A stretch of DNA of 64,000 nucleotides, from the NCBI RefSeq assembly GCF_009914755.1, contig NC_060936.1; one strand, written 5' to 3'. Source of the DNA: the human T2T-CHM13v2.0 reference genome, Homo sapiens. The translations under genes were made by a program, and so were the position numbers. The notes below the pieces were generated by a model. It saw only the letters and a program-made list of their open reading frames with translations, ran no database searches and was not told where the DNA came from. Shown piece by piece: positions 1 to 13,886 of the stretch. Each line of letters starts with the position of its first letter. Within the stretch, counting starts at the first letter, position 1.

Positions 1-287
1 AGGGCTGGGGAGGCCTCAGGAAACTTACGATCATGGTGGAAGCAGAAGCAAACACATCCTTCTTCACATGGCAGCAGCAAGGAGAAGTGCCGAACAAAAG
101 AGGGGAAAGCCCCTTATAAAACCATCAGATCTTGTGAGAACTCACTCACTATCACAAGAACAGCAGCATGGGGGTAACTGCCCCCATGATTAAATTACCT
201 CCCACTGGGTCCCTCCCACAACACATGGGTATTATGGGATTGCAATTCAAGACAAGATTTGGGTGGGGACACGGACAAACCATTTCA
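1..287 (-). mobile_element. THE1 (THE1C/D-like) MaLR LTR, cut by window start
   Basis: Ends GATTTGGGTGGGGACACGGACAAACCATTTCA, the reverse complement of the THE1 start TGATATGGTTTGGCTGTGTCCCCACCCAAATC; typical GGAGGCCTCAGGAAACTTAC and AAACCATCAGATCT blocks. Confidence 0.9.
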
Positions 288-1330
288 GTGCTCAACACCA
301 TTAAGTCACGAGAGAAATGCAAATCAAAACCACAATGAGATACCACTTCACATCTCCTAGGATGACGCTACTCAAAAAGGCGGAGAACAACAAGTATCAA
401 GAAGGATGTGGAGAAAGTGGGGCCCTCGTGCACGACCGGTGGGAGTGGACAATAGTGCAGCCACTGTGAACAGCAGTTTGGTGGTTCCTCAAAAAAGTTC
501 AATGTAGAATTACCACATGACCCAGCAGTTCCAATCCTAGGCTTAGATCAAACAGAATGGAAAACAGATACTCAAACACAACATATTCACAACGCATTCA
601 TAGCAACACTATTCACAATAGTAAAATGATGGATTAGTGGGTACGAATATGGAGTTTGATAGAAGAAATGGGACCTAGTGTTTGGTAGATCAGTAGCGTG
701 ACTACAGTTTCCAATAATCTCTTGCATATTTCAAAATAGCTAGAAGAGAAGAAATAGAATGGTTCCAGCATGAAGACAATATTTAAGATGATGGAGATCC
801 CAAGTACATAGATTTGATCTTTACAAATTATTTGAATGTATCAAATTACCACATATGTCTCAAAACTATGTACACCTATTATGCATCAATTAAAAAGCTT
901 TTAAAAAAGTAGAAACAATGGATGAATGGATAAACAATTGTGATATATCCGTAAAGTAGAAGATTATTCAGCTGTATAAAGGAATGAGGCTCTGATATGT
1001 ACTACAAGATGAAGGGGCCTTGAAAACACCACGCTAAGTGAAAGAAGCCAGTCACAAAAGGCCACATGGAGTATAATGCCATTGATATGAAATGTCCTGA
1101 ATTAAATAAAGCCACAGCGGCAGGAAGTGGATTCATTGTTGCCAGGGACAGAGAACAGGGAGAAATGCAGAAGGACCACTAGCGGGTACAGAGTCTCCTT
1201 TCGGGGTAATGAGAATGTTTTGGAAATAGGTAGAGGAGGGGGCTGTACAACATTGTAAATGCACTAAATGCCACTGAGCTGTTCGCTTTAAAATGATTAA
1301 CTATGTTCTATGAATGTCAATTTAACTTTT
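288..1330 (+). mobile_element. L1MB-type LINE-1 3' end, interrupted at ~622-905
   Basis: GAAATGCAAATCAAAACCACAATGAGATACCACTTCAC, ATGACCCAGCAGTTCCA and GCTAAGTGAAAGAAGCCAGTCACAAAAGGCCAC are diagnostic L1M 3' motifs. Confidence 0.88.
622..905 (+). mobile_element. L1MA-type 3' tail fragment nested in the L1MB
   Basis: CATATTTCAAAATAGCTAGAAGAGAAG and ATCAAATTACCACATATGTCTCAAAACTATGTACACCTATTATGCATCAATTAAAAA match the L1MA terminus; the host L1MB resumes at ~910. Confidence 0.8.
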
Positions 1331-1364
1331 TTAAATGCAGAGTTTCTTTACAATAAAATGACAA

Positions 1365-1575
1365 TCGCTGACATTTACTGAGCACTTCTATATGCCAGCC
1401 TCCATTATCATCACTGGTCTCAGATCAACTCAGTTAATCCTCCCAGCAACCCTGCCAGATAGGGACTATTAGTCTCACTTGCAGATGAGAAAATTGAGAC
1501 ACAGAAAGTTAATAAATTGCCCAAGTGTCCCAATATAATAAGAGGCAGAGCCAGCACAGACCCAGGCATCTAAAC
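1365..1575 (-). mobile_element. MIR SINE
   Basis: TTTACTGAGCAC...CAGATGAGAAAATTGAGACACAGAAAGTTAATAAATTGCCCAAG is the MIR core. Confidence 0.8.
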
Positions 1576-2489
1576 AACCAGGGGTCCTGCACCAGTAACC
1601 TTTGGCACTAGAAATTCACACTGATCACTGGGTGCCTGCTCTTGAGGTGCTTCTATTCTGAAGGGTGGGCACAGATGATGAACTAATTGCCAAAAAAAGC
1701 CTCCTTGCAGGCTGTGAAAAGCCCTCTGATCAAATGCAAATACTAACTATAGTTCAATTTGGAACAACACTTTTGCACCGATTGCAACTGAGATTGGCTA
1801 AAGATTCACGAGTTTGGCAAACATAACCAGAAGCATTCCATGAAGATTAACTGTCTCTCATGGAATGTATACTAAATATGATTGTATACTTTTTACTGTT
1901 TGTAATTTGTGTACTACACAGTTTTTATATTAGTAAAATTTATTATATATGTGTATATAGATGTAGGTATGCAACACACAGATGTATATATCATATGCAC
2001 ATCCCACCCCCAGCCTGGAACTTGTTATTAAACATTTTCTAGCAAAACTATTCCCTACTCATGGAATTTTCATTCTCCTGTCAGTCTCCAGGGTGAGCAA
2101 TGTAGGGATCACAGAACAAATTCAACCTAAAGAAGAAAACTGTCTGAATATAAGCCCAAAGAAGGAAGTTAAAGAGACCATCCTTTGAGAAAAAAGCATT
2201 TAGTGTTGGGGACCAACCTAGGCTTTCATTTACCCAATAGCGTGAGTTTAGGCGATCTATTATCTAGATCTATTATCTATTATCTCTATTATATTTAATC
2301 TCAGGAAGACTCAGTTTGTTTATCTGTAAAGTAGGGGACACAAGAGGAATGAGAGTTGTCATGAAGATTAATAGTCGCTAAAATATGTTGGTTCTAAGGG
2401 CTGACCCTGAGCTAGGCATTCTACATGCATTCTCTCTGAATCCTCAAAATACCCCTAATATCTACCCATCCCTCTGGAATGGGGAAGCA

Positions 2490-3210
2490 GCGGCAGAGGG
2501 AGGCGAGCACAGCCTGACCCCAGGGCGCAGAGCTGCACAGAACGCGTCCACGCTCCGACCGCAGAGTCTGCTCCCAGCTGCTGGGCACACCCCTGGCTCA
2601 GAGGCGCACAGGGTCAAGCCTGATAAGCGGTATTATCCTGGAGGCAAGGCTGCTTACTGGCTCTGGCTTGGTCGCCTGCGTCCGGAACCTGAAATCCACA
2701 AAGGTGCACACAGATGTGGGTCGCTGCCTTCCCAACAGGCTCCTGCCCGGTTCACCTGGGGAAGCGCAGGGCTGCGGGCACAGGATTCTCCCATCAGACA
2801 CCGGGAGAGCATCTCCGCGGCAGCTTGCAGGGCCCGCTGTCTCCACTAGGGGGCGGCGTACGCGCGTCTCTCGAAGCCGGGACCCGCGCGGGGAGGCTGC
2901 ACTGGCTGGAAACAGCGCCTGGGCGCTCCCGCGGCTCCCACCTCAGAGATGTCCCCAGGTGCCCCACGCCCACCGCGCGAGCCCCGACACGCGAGCCCCA
3001 CCGCACTCCTCAAGGGCTTGTGTGGATCCTTTTGTCCCCACCCCCAAGGAGCTCCTCTGACCCAAATTCCTGCTGAGCTCACTCCAGGCCAACACCCCGA
3101 GCCACGCGCTTCCCCAGGGAGGATTCCAGCCCCCTCCAGTACGGCCTCAGCCGAGGAGCTCCCGCTGGGCCGAATGAGGCCCAGAAAACACGACCTGCCA
3201 GGAGCGGATA
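2490..3210. promoter_or_regulatory. CpG-rich patch (small or weak CpG island)
   Basis: Visible excess of CG dinucleotides, e.g. GGCGGCGTACGCGCG, CCCGCGCGGG, CCGCGCGAG, against CpG-poor flanks; densest at ~2800-3010. Confidence 0.65.
2826..2859 (+). promoter_or_regulatory. CTCF binding site with upstream (ZF9-11) motif
   Basis: Core CCACTAGGGGGCGG at 2843-2856; TGCAGGGCC at 2826-2834, with 12 bp between TGCAG and CCAC. Confidence 0.8.
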
Positions 3211-3213
3211 TCA

Positions 3214-4255
3214 TCCACACACAAACACACTGGTGCAAATGCATACACACATGCATACACACACTCATACACATGTTCATGCAAGCCCATGTGCAAACAT
3301 GCATGTGGCATATGCACGCACACACATGCATACATTTACCTACACGCACATACATGAACACACGTGCACACATGCATACATTTACCCACACCTACACGCA
3401 CATACATGAACACACGTGCGCACATTTACCCACACCTACACGCACATACATGAACACACGTGCACACACATGCATACATTTATCCATACCTACACGCACA
3501 TACATGAACACACGCACACATATGCATACATTTACCCATACCTACACGCACATACATGAACACACGTGCACACACATGCATACATTTACCCATACCTACA
3601 CGCACATACATGAATGTGTGCGCACACACATGCATACATTTATCCATACCTACACGCACATACATGAACACACACACACACATGCATACATTTACCCATA
3701 CCTGCACGCACATACATGAACACACGCGCACACATAAGCATACATTTATCCATACCTGCATGCACATACATGAACACATGCACACACACGCATACATTTA
3801 CCCACACCTACACGCACATACATGAACACATGTACATACACATGCACGCGTGCATGCATGTGCACACATATATATGGACTTACACAGGCATGCACATATG
3901 CATGGTGCATATACATACACTACATACACACATGCACACACATGCACACACGCATATAGCTGCATACATATACACACATGCACACAATACACCCACGTAT
4001 ACACACATGCACGCGTGTGCATATGTACACCTGCATACATATACACACATGCACACATGCACTATATACGTGCATACATAAAAACACATGCACATATATA
4101 CACACATATACCCCTGAATACATGTACACACATGTGTACATGCATAATACACCTGCAAACATATACACACATACAAATGTGTAGCACATACATTGCTCCA
4201 AATGCACACATACGCACATGCCTGCATATGTGTTTGTATGTGTGCACACACACCT
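3214..4255. repeat. CA/TACA/TGCA-rich tract containing a 52/54-bp minisatellite (~3325-3830)
   Basis: Unit CATACATTTA(C/T)CCATACCTACACGCACATACATGAACACACG...; TTTA anchors at 3335, 3381, 3425, 3479, 3531, 3585, 3639, 3691, 3745, 3797. Confidence 0.95.
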
Positions 4256-4424
4256 CCCAAACAGTGGCTGACATCTGGTGGGGATGGATAAATATTTGCC
4301 AAACAGGTGAAAGTACACATGGACATCACAGGGGAGGCCCTCTCCCCCACAGGGCCTTTGGACCTGCCAGTCCTCTGCCTGTTTACTGTTTTCTCACCTG
4401 GCTGAATTCCACTTAGACAAGATG

Positions 4425-4720
4425 TTGCAACACGGGCCTGCAGAACACACCTGGCCTACAGTTGTGTCTTGTATGGTCCACTGACTATTTTAAAAAGTTA
4501 CAAGTTGGCAACATTTAAAAACTGAGAAATCTGATACAAATTCGCAAAATCCTGTGACCTTGGAAGATCATATATCTGGCAAGATAAACTCCTATTCACA
4601 TCCCAGGGAGTGATCAAAGCTGGGCAGAGGATGCCTCCCCAGATGGCGAAGTTCCCTTTGCCACCGCCCGCGCCTTCATGCTCTATTGTGCCTCATCGCT
4701 CACGCGTCCACACTACTTGC
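4425..4720. mobile_element. MER102-like hAT-Charlie DNA transposon relic
   Basis: GTTGGCAACATTTAAAAACTGAGAAAT...TTGGAAGATC...ATCTGGCAA; similar to the copy at ~55100-55270. Confidence 0.55.
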
Positions 4721-4764
4721 TCAACACCTGCAAATGTGTGCATTTTTAGCCTCTGACTTCACCT

Positions 4765-4975
4765 TGCTTCCTCTTCCAGGAAGCCATCCATGAACCCCAG
4801 GGTTGGGGCTTCTCCTCGGTGCTCCCTCATCTCCCTGGATGGGGGTCGTCTCTACCAGCAGGCTGGGGGATCCCTGAGGGTCTGTGTTCTGCTCACAGCT
4901 GGATCCACTTCCAGCTCTGAGTGCCGTAGGTGTCAGGCACACAACAGGTACTCAAAAAATGTTGATGGAATCGGC
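4765..4975 (+). mobile_element. L2 LINE 3' end
   Basis: CTTCCAGGAAGCC...GGCACACAACAGGTACTCAAAAAATGTTGATGGAAT resembles the L2 tail. Confidence 0.6.
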
Positions 4976-6357
4976 AAATAATCGCAGAGCACGTTATCAT
5001 GGGAATCTGGGCTGAGCTTTATAAGGGGAGCTTGAATTTAGGAGCCGAGAAGAGAATGAAAGAATCCGAGGCAGGAGAAGGTCAGGGCTGCCGGAAGAGA
5101 GTAGGACACTCACTCGTTTGGGGAAACAGTAGCCTGGTGTGGAGGTCCGGGCGGGTGCTGGGAACCACGAGGGCAGCGAGGTTGTCCTGGCAGAGTAAAT
5201 GTTCGTTGTTTAGCCACCAGTCTGTGGTACTAAAGATGAAGCAACTAGAATCCTTGGGACAAAAGGCAGGTCTAAAAGTGTCCTTTGAAAGAACCCTTAG
5301 GAAAGTCACACTAGCATTTCCAGGAGCCGTGCGGCCAGTGGACCCAGGTGTGTGTGGCGTCTGCCCTCCCCCACCGCCACCTGACTCAGGAGGTACAAGA
5401 AGCAGAAACAGCCAAGGCCTGGTGTCCTCAAATAGGTGGCAGAATGACGTGGACCCTGAATAAGACGATGAGGCAGGAGAGAAGAGTGGCCTGGTGACTC
5501 GGGAACAGTCAGTGGCTGCGGTCTGCATGCAGGACTGAGGGAGCTGCCTCCAACCCTCCCCACTCCTGCTCTCCGGGGGTTGGCGGAGAAGCTTCCAAGG
5601 GCTGTGCGCAAAGGCAGGAAGTCCAAGATCCTTTTAATGAGTTTACTCAGCCTTTGGAATATCAAGTATTTGTTTTCCTAAGACTGGAAAGAAAGGGTCA
5701 ACAGCCGGCCCCCTCCTGAGCAGCCCAGCTGCTTTGTCCTCAATTTGTTTGGGCCTCTAAAGAGCTCACGTTTATCAAAGGCCGTTTCGCACCTGAGGCC
5801 CCGAGTTACTGCTGCCTGGAACACAGGGCTTTAGTAATCCGCTCAAATCCCCAGGCCAAACAGTGGCACCAAACAGATCTCCTCCGAAATCACTTTGAAC
5901 TTCAGTCCCAGGAGGCATTTTGGCTTATGCAGGATGGTCTTTGAAGAGGAAGTTGCTCTCTGTCCTCTGTCGGCGGCGGGACAGAGTACGGATCCAGGCG
6001 TGACTGTGCTGCAGATTTGCCAGCCTGTCCTCCTTCGCGCCGGGGCAGCCTGTCCGCCTGGGCTGCCCTCCGGGGCTCCTTTCAAAGGCTCCACTTCCCA
6101 GGGTTCACAGGCTTCAGGGCAGGAGCTGACCTAGACCACAGGCGGTCGGCAACCCGACCTCGTTTATTCCTTTGAGTTTTGAGGGTTGTTTTGGGGGGAT
6201 TTTTTGGGTAATTTCTTCTGACACACTTACAGAAAAGTTGTAAGACTGGCAGAGAGCATTCCTGGATCCTTTCATTCAAATACCCCAAGAAGGAACACCT
6301 TACTACATTTAACTACATTTACTCTCTCCCTCTCTGTTTCACACCCTTTCTCTTTAT

Positions 6358-6394
6358 ACACACACACACACACGCCTACACACACACACACACA
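6358..6394. repeat. Interrupted (CA)n microsatellite
   Basis: Direct reading. Confidence 0.9.
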
Positions 6395-6744
6395 TAAAAT
6401 TTTTCCTTAAGTGTTTTAAAATTTAACCTCTAATGATATAATTAAACTCATTCTCCTTGTAAAACATTAAACCCTTCCAGACAAGGAGAACATCCCACTG
6501 ACTCTACCTAAAGAATCCTTCGCTTTTCATTTTCCTGCATGGATGTGTGCCCCATGGAGTGACCGCAGGGTGGAACTCAGAGCTGGAATCTCTGCCCCAT
6601 CTCCTGTGACACATTTTCCGCCTGTCTGCCAATGTGTTTTTATATATCCTGCAACTTAGATCTCTCCCTCAGCAACTTATCTCAGAGATCTCACCAAACT
6701 GGTATGTAAAGTCTCTGCCATTCTTTTTTAGCTGGTGCCATTAA

Positions 6745-7050
6745 AAATGTTTTACTCATCAGATTGGCAAAAATATTAAAGTTTGACATTATCATGTACG
6801 GGGAAAGGTGTTAAGGAAAGGTTCTCATTGGTGGGGGTGTAAATTGGAGCCACTTTAGGGCAATTTGGCACACATTTTAAAACTCACAGTGCACTCACTA
6901 CGACCCAGCGGTTCCAGGTATCTGGATCTAAATGAGATCCCTCCAGTGGGCGGGCGTGGGCACATGGAGGCACGCAGCGAGCTTGCCCACGGTGGGGCTG
7001 GAGCAAAGAGTTGGAAGCTGGAATGCACCTCGGTAGGGGGTGACCAGGGA
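6745..7050 (+). mobile_element. Old L1ME-like fragment
   Basis: ACTCATCAGATTGGCAAAAAT...GGTGGGGGTGTAAATTGG...GGGCAATTTGGCA...GACCCAGCGGTTCCA. Confidence 0.6.
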
Positions 7051-7133
7051 CATCTCTGCAGTTGGGGAATACCATCAACCATAGTTCCCAACGTCAGATT
7101 CCCATGAAGGTTTCTTTAAAAAAACAACAAAAC

Positions 7134-7475
<342 letters not shown>

Positions 7476-7637
7476 TCACATCCTTAGATTTTACTTTTTA
7501 TTAATTTGGTCTGGGATAGGATTCAGGCATCAGTATTTTTTTTAAGTTCCTTAATGATTTTAATCGTCAGCTGGGACAGAACCACTGAGGTCCCCTGGCA
7601 GAAATGGCTCCCATATGATGCCAACAGAAAGTTTCCT

Positions 7638-8029
<392 letters not shown>

Positions 8030-8800
8030 TCACTGCCCCGGCACTGCTACTATCCTGGGTGCTGTTCTTCGTGTTTGTGGGGAACTTTGCAGAGCTCCTT
8101 GATTAAGCCCAAGTCCCCACTGACCACAAACCAACACAAGGCCTCCAAACGGGGCCCCAACCCCACCTGCCTTGAGCAGGTCCTGCTGCACCCAGGCCCC
8201 TGATAATGGAGATGACCGCAATGCTCTCTGCTCACCGCTTTGAATGCATCATTTCATTTATTCCAGCTTACAACCCTAGGAGGTCGGGACTCATACCCAC
8301 CCCACGGCAGGGATGCAATTTTCCTCTATGCAAATTACCAAAGAGGAAGCTGAAACAGCAATGTGGTGACTCTGAGCCACAACTTGAGGTTAGACGGCCT
8401 CTTTGTTCCCAAAGTGTGTTCCTGAGGTACCACGGGGCGTGCAGCCAACTCATCATAGCACATGCAAATGTTTTCTTTTTTTAAGGAAAACAGGAACATC
8501 TGTCAGACACCTTGCAAATTACTTCTGTTAAGTTATTTGGACCTGAGGACTTCATAAATGAAACAGGTGTTTCTTTCTCCTAGGGCACTATGAAAACATC
8601 ACTAAGACACGAAGGTGCTGGTGGACTGAGAAGGTTTTGGGGAATGTCTGTCTCAGATCTCATGATCACACTACACCATAGCACTGGTGCCGCCCCTGCT
8701 GAGTACCTTTCCTGGTTCCCTACCGCCACAAGAATAAAGCCCCAAATCCACATCCTGGCAATCGGTACCCCCACGGGTGACAGTCCAGCATCCCACAGCC

Positions 8801-9012
8801 AAGACCCTACCATGCCGGACCACTGGACGTCCCCTCCTCTGCCAACACCATGCCACGCCAGACCACTGCTATTCATTCCCTCCTCTGAGACCCTGCCACA
8901 CCAGACCATGGGATGTTCCCTCCTCTGCTGAGACCCTACCATGCCAGACTACTGGACATCTCCTCTGCTGAAACCCTGCCACGCTGGACCACCAGCTGTT
9001 CCCTCTTCTGCT
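8801..9012. repeat. Degenerate ~43-bp minisatellite, 5 copies, in an L2-like fragment
   Basis: Units of GAGACCCT(A/G)CCA(C/T)GCCAGACCAC...TTCCCTCCTCTGCT start at about 8801, 8844, 8887, 8930 and 8970. Confidence 0.8.
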
Positions 9013-10700
9013 CTGACTTTGCTCCCTCCTCCTCCTGAAAGAATATGTCACCCTCTCGACTTGTCAAGGTCTGCACTTGACCCTCGAGGCTAGCTCAAGG
9101 CCCATCGTGGCCAAGTAACTTCCCAAGAACCTGGCTCTGGAACCCAGGGGGATTTGCTTATTCTTTCACCTGACTTTTGAGGACCCAAAGGGCAAGGGCC
9201 AAGCCCTGTTATCTTGGTATCCCTGCATGTGCTGTGTATTTCTCATTAAAATACAAGCTCCTGGGTTCAAGGCCTCAGTACAGTTGAGCAGGTTGTGCAC
9301 TGCACAAACCTTGGCTGAGCAGAAAGCAGGGACTGAAGTGTCGAGTCTGTAGGCAGGAAAACACCTTATGACTAATCCACAGAGGTGTGTCATGGACTGC
9401 AGTGGCCCATCCATGTCAGATATCCTTGTCTTCATCACCACCCTCCTATATTTTGGGCCCCCAACAGCACAAATCCTCATGCCTATTCACTGAATAAACA
9501 ACAAAGTCACATGTGTGAGCCCTATTCTGTTAAAAACTCTGAAATCTTCCACAAAATGCAAGCTTTTCTAATAATAGCTAAGTGACATTTACGCGTTACG
9601 AACATAACTTACTTCATTACAAAAAACCCTTAAAACCATAAATTAAGCACTATTATTTTCATCTTCATGTTTAAATCGAGCAAATAGAGTCAGAGAGGTT
9701 ACATAAGCTTTCAGAGACCACACAGCTCATAAGTGGTGGAGTCGTGCGAACATCCATCCAGGGCATGTGAGTTTGCACATACCATGAATTTAGAGCTGAT
9801 GTTTGTGAGTCGGTGGTGGATTCTTCCTGACCCTCGGGTCATAGCCAAAGTGTCTTCCTCATGTGAGCAGACCCTGCTGTGGGAGAGGTCTCTTGAGGGG
9901 CCAGTTCTGCAGGATTCAGGGGCCCTATGCAACCAGGCCTTCCAGCGAGTGTGAGCACCCAATCCCCTGCATTCAATCCCTTCCTGTGTAAGGTAGCTGG
10001 AGTGACTTCTATTCATGTAACTGAATCTTGACTGCTACATTTCCTCTCTCACCTCCAGAATCCCAGTCTTGCTGACACACGTCTTAACTTCACCCCTTTC
10101 CCATTGGCAAGGTCTCTGCCTTAATTCAGGTCTGCACGGCTCCTCCCTGGAAATCGCAAGGCAACGCTCTTTTGATTCACTGTGGCTCCAGGTTTTTCAC
10201 CTCTCCAATCCCACCTCGCAAACCCTGTTGCATCCCTCCCTGGGTGGGTTCAATCTTGCTGGGGAATAGGATCCAATTCACAAAGACTTAACACTATAAA
10301 AGGCCAACCTTATCTCCTAAGCCTGACAGCTGACGCGTTGGCCACTGGGTGTCGGGCTTTCTCGTAAAGGTTTGCCATGTCTTGTCCTAAGGACATCCTG
10401 AGGGAGGTACAAGTTGATCACTCCTCTTCTGAGGAGTCGGGGTTGGAGAGGGGGCGTGTGGTTGGATCTCACGTGTATTTGGTAATGGAGGGCCCTGAGA
10501 GTCGAGACCCGTCAGTTTCATTTTACCTCAAAAGCACTTTTGGCTGCTTCTCAGAGAAAGGGATTCACTTTCTATCACAATCTGCACACATCCAGTGACA
10601 CAGGGTCAGGAACCTACACACGTGCCATGCATCAGCCCTGTGATATTTCCCATTCTAGTTTATTTCAGTCTGGGCAATTCTGTTCCATGCCAGCCTAGCC

Positions 10701-10825
10701 TATTCTATTCTATTCTATTCTATTCTATTCTATTCTATTCTATTCTATTCTATTCTATTCTACTCTACTCTACTCTACTCTACTCTACTCTACTCTACTC
10801 TACTCTACTCTATTCTATCCTATTC
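10701..10825. repeat. Compound pentanucleotide STR (TATTC)12(TACTC)10
   Basis: Counted directly: TATTC at 10701-10760, TACTC at 10761-10810. Confidence 0.97.
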
Positions 10826-11744
10826 CTTTCTACCAATCTTACTCTACTCAATTTCACCCTGTCCTATCCCACATTCTAACTTACCTTATTCCCTACTCAT
10901 CCTTCCACCTTAGCTTTGCTTTTCTAGACTTTTTTTCTCAACCAGGATCCAGAGAGAATTAAGCTTGAACGTTCTCAGCCATTCATTGTATATCAATCAT
11001 CAACCTTTATCCTAGGCACCTAGAGGGGTACTAGTTATAATCCATTTTTGTGAGAATTGAGAAAGTATTTGCTTAGATCATTTTCTACATGTTATGGTTC
11101 AGATAAGAAACTCTGGTTTGAAGTCTAAAATGATCTCACAACCACTAACGGGTCACTCACTCTATCTGCCTGCCTGCCTCTCTTTGAGGTTTATAATAGA
11201 GCCACACCCAGGCAGGGTTAACATTTAAATAAGCCCCAGATTTTCAGAACCCTGTCTTGGCAGTTGTTTGTTTTATTAATATACTAGGAGTTCCCCAAAT
11301 TGAATTGGCCTCACCCTCTCAACCTCCAAGATGCTCTGTCCCTGCCAAGACAAATTTGTAACTCCCTGCTTCTCAAAAAATAAAGATCAGTCTCCATACT
11401 TCGATGTTGAGGATCTTCCGTGGCTCAGCCGCAACCTGCCCTCCTGGCCCAAGGGCTGCTGTGCCCTGCCCACCTCTCCTCTCTGTCCCCTGAGCACGTT
11501 GTTCCCTCGGTGGACTCTGGGTAGCCTTCCTCCTACAGCCCTGGCCGCCCCTCCCCTCCACAGCCCCTTCACACTCAGGTCACTCCCTAGAGGAGGGGAC
11601 AACTGCCCCTCTGTCCTTCCAAAGCCATTGATGCAATGATCCCACGGCCATGTGTGTGCAGAGACTGTGCTGGGCAGTGGGAGATGCAGTGATGAGAAGG
11701 CGAGACCAGATCCTGTCCTCAGGGAGCTCAGAGTCTCATTACGG

Positions 11745-11990
11745 AATAATCATGGTAGATAGCATCTTTATATGCTACTGATTATGCTTCAGATACTGTT
11801 CAAAGCACTTTACACAGATGTGCTTACTAAATCGTGGAAGCAAGCCCATCAGGCAGTACCATTATTCTTCCCAGTTTGCAGATGAAGACAGAGGCACAGA
11901 GAGGGTGAGCCACTTGCTCAAAGCCACACCGCTTTTCAGTCATCAAGCTGAGATTTGAATCCAGGCAGTCAAGCTACAGAACCCATGGTC
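11745..11990 (-). mobile_element. MIR SINE
   Basis: AAGCACTTTACA...TTTGCAGATGAAGACAGAGGCACAGAGAGGGTGAGCCACTTGCTCAAAGCCACAC...GATTTGAATCCAGGCAGTC. Confidence 0.8.
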
Positions 11991-12504
11991 TGAAACAATT
12001 AAAAACCAGAGTCTGTTCATCAGAGAAGCATAGCGAACATCTGTTATCTTCCAGGGGAACGTGACTTAGGCTTGAGGTCAGGAAAGGATTTTCTCTCTTT
12101 AGACTCATGCCCCGGGTCAAGACCATCTATAAACTGATGACTCTAAAGTTATTTCTTCAGATGCACCTGCACACCTGCCCCATCAGTATCGCCATGGGCA
12201 TGCCCGAGAGGCCTCTCAAAATCTTCAAGTCCCCAAACAAACTCTTAGTCTTCCTCCACACACCATCTCCTTCCACACTTGTCCCCACCAGAACAGTTAA
12301 CACCCATCCTCCTGATAGCACAGCCCCAAGCTTCTGAATCATCTGACTCGCGCCTCTCTCTCTCTCTCTCTCTGTTTCTCTCTCGCACACACCCCTGTCT
12401 CTTTTCCCACCCAAATATTGCTTCTCTGAGACCAAAGAGTTTTGTGTGGGTTTTGGGGTTGCTTTTCTCTGTTTGCTTTAATCACCCTATGCCCGGCGTC
12501 TAGA

Positions 12505-12833
12505 TCAGGGTCGGCATATGCATTCTCTGCATTCTCTGTCCCTGGTTAGGTAACAGATACTTCAACCTTTGCAGACCCTGCGGTCTCTGTGGCAAGCATT
12601 CCACCCTGCCGCCAGGGCACACAGCAGCCACAGATGATATCTCAGTGAGGGAGCGCAGCCGTGTTCCCATAAAGCCTTATTTGTAGACACTGAAAGTTGA
12701 CTTTCCTCTGAGTTTCATGTGTCACGAAGTAGTCTTCTTTTGATTTTTTCTAATTATTTGAAAATGTAAAAATAGTTATTCGCAGGCAGACTAGATCTGG
12801 GTTCAGTCCCAGAGCCGTCGTTGGCTGCCCCCT
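12505..12833 (+). mobile_element. MER58B-like hAT MITE
   Basis: CAGGGTCGGCA start, GTGTTCCCATAAAGCCTTATTT, ATGTGTCACGAAGTAGTCTTCTTTTGATTTTT, end TTGGCTGCCCCCT. Confidence 0.75.
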
Positions 12834-13199
12834 AGCCTGCCTGTAATAGGTGCTCAATGAATATTTGCTGACTGAGTGGGGAACATGACCTTGGATCTTA
12901 AATGTGAGATAAGAGAGAATTGATCAGATGACGGAGAGAAATAACCATCCAGACAGAGGGGGCGGCATGGGACAGGTACAGGTGCGGAGGGGAAGGTGGC
13001 CCTTTCTGGTGCTTGAAGGAAGCTCAGGGCAGCTGGAGTGGAGAAAGCCAAGTGCTGAGGTTGAGGACTAGCATTAGCAGGGTCGCGAGGACCCTCTGTG
13101 CGTGGACATTGTTGAACAACACTGGGTAATAACGACCAAGGCTGAGCCAGGGCTGGTCCGTGTGGGGACTTTCCCACGCGCCACCACAGTCACTGCTCC

Positions 13200-13345
13200 C
13201 TGTCAACACTCCTGTTAGGTGGGCACCACTATTATCTCAATAGACAGATGTAGAAATTGGGTCACAGAGAGGTTGAGTAACTTGCCCAGGGTCACACAGC
13301 CTGTCGGTGGCCAAGCTGGGATTCAAACCCAGGCAATGGGCTCCA
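13200..13345 (-). mobile_element. MIR SINE
   Basis: ACAGAGAGGTTGAGTAACTTGCCCAGGGTCACACAGC...GGGATTCAAACCCAGGCA. Confidence 0.8.
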
Positions 13346-13373
13346 ACACCCTTCCCCCATTCATGGGACAAGG

Positions 13374-13886
<513 letters not shown>

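Noticed and set aside
2846-4416. ORFs up to 256 aa rich in His/Thr or Cys/Val
   Set aside because: They are translations of CA/TG repeats, open in many frames on both strands.
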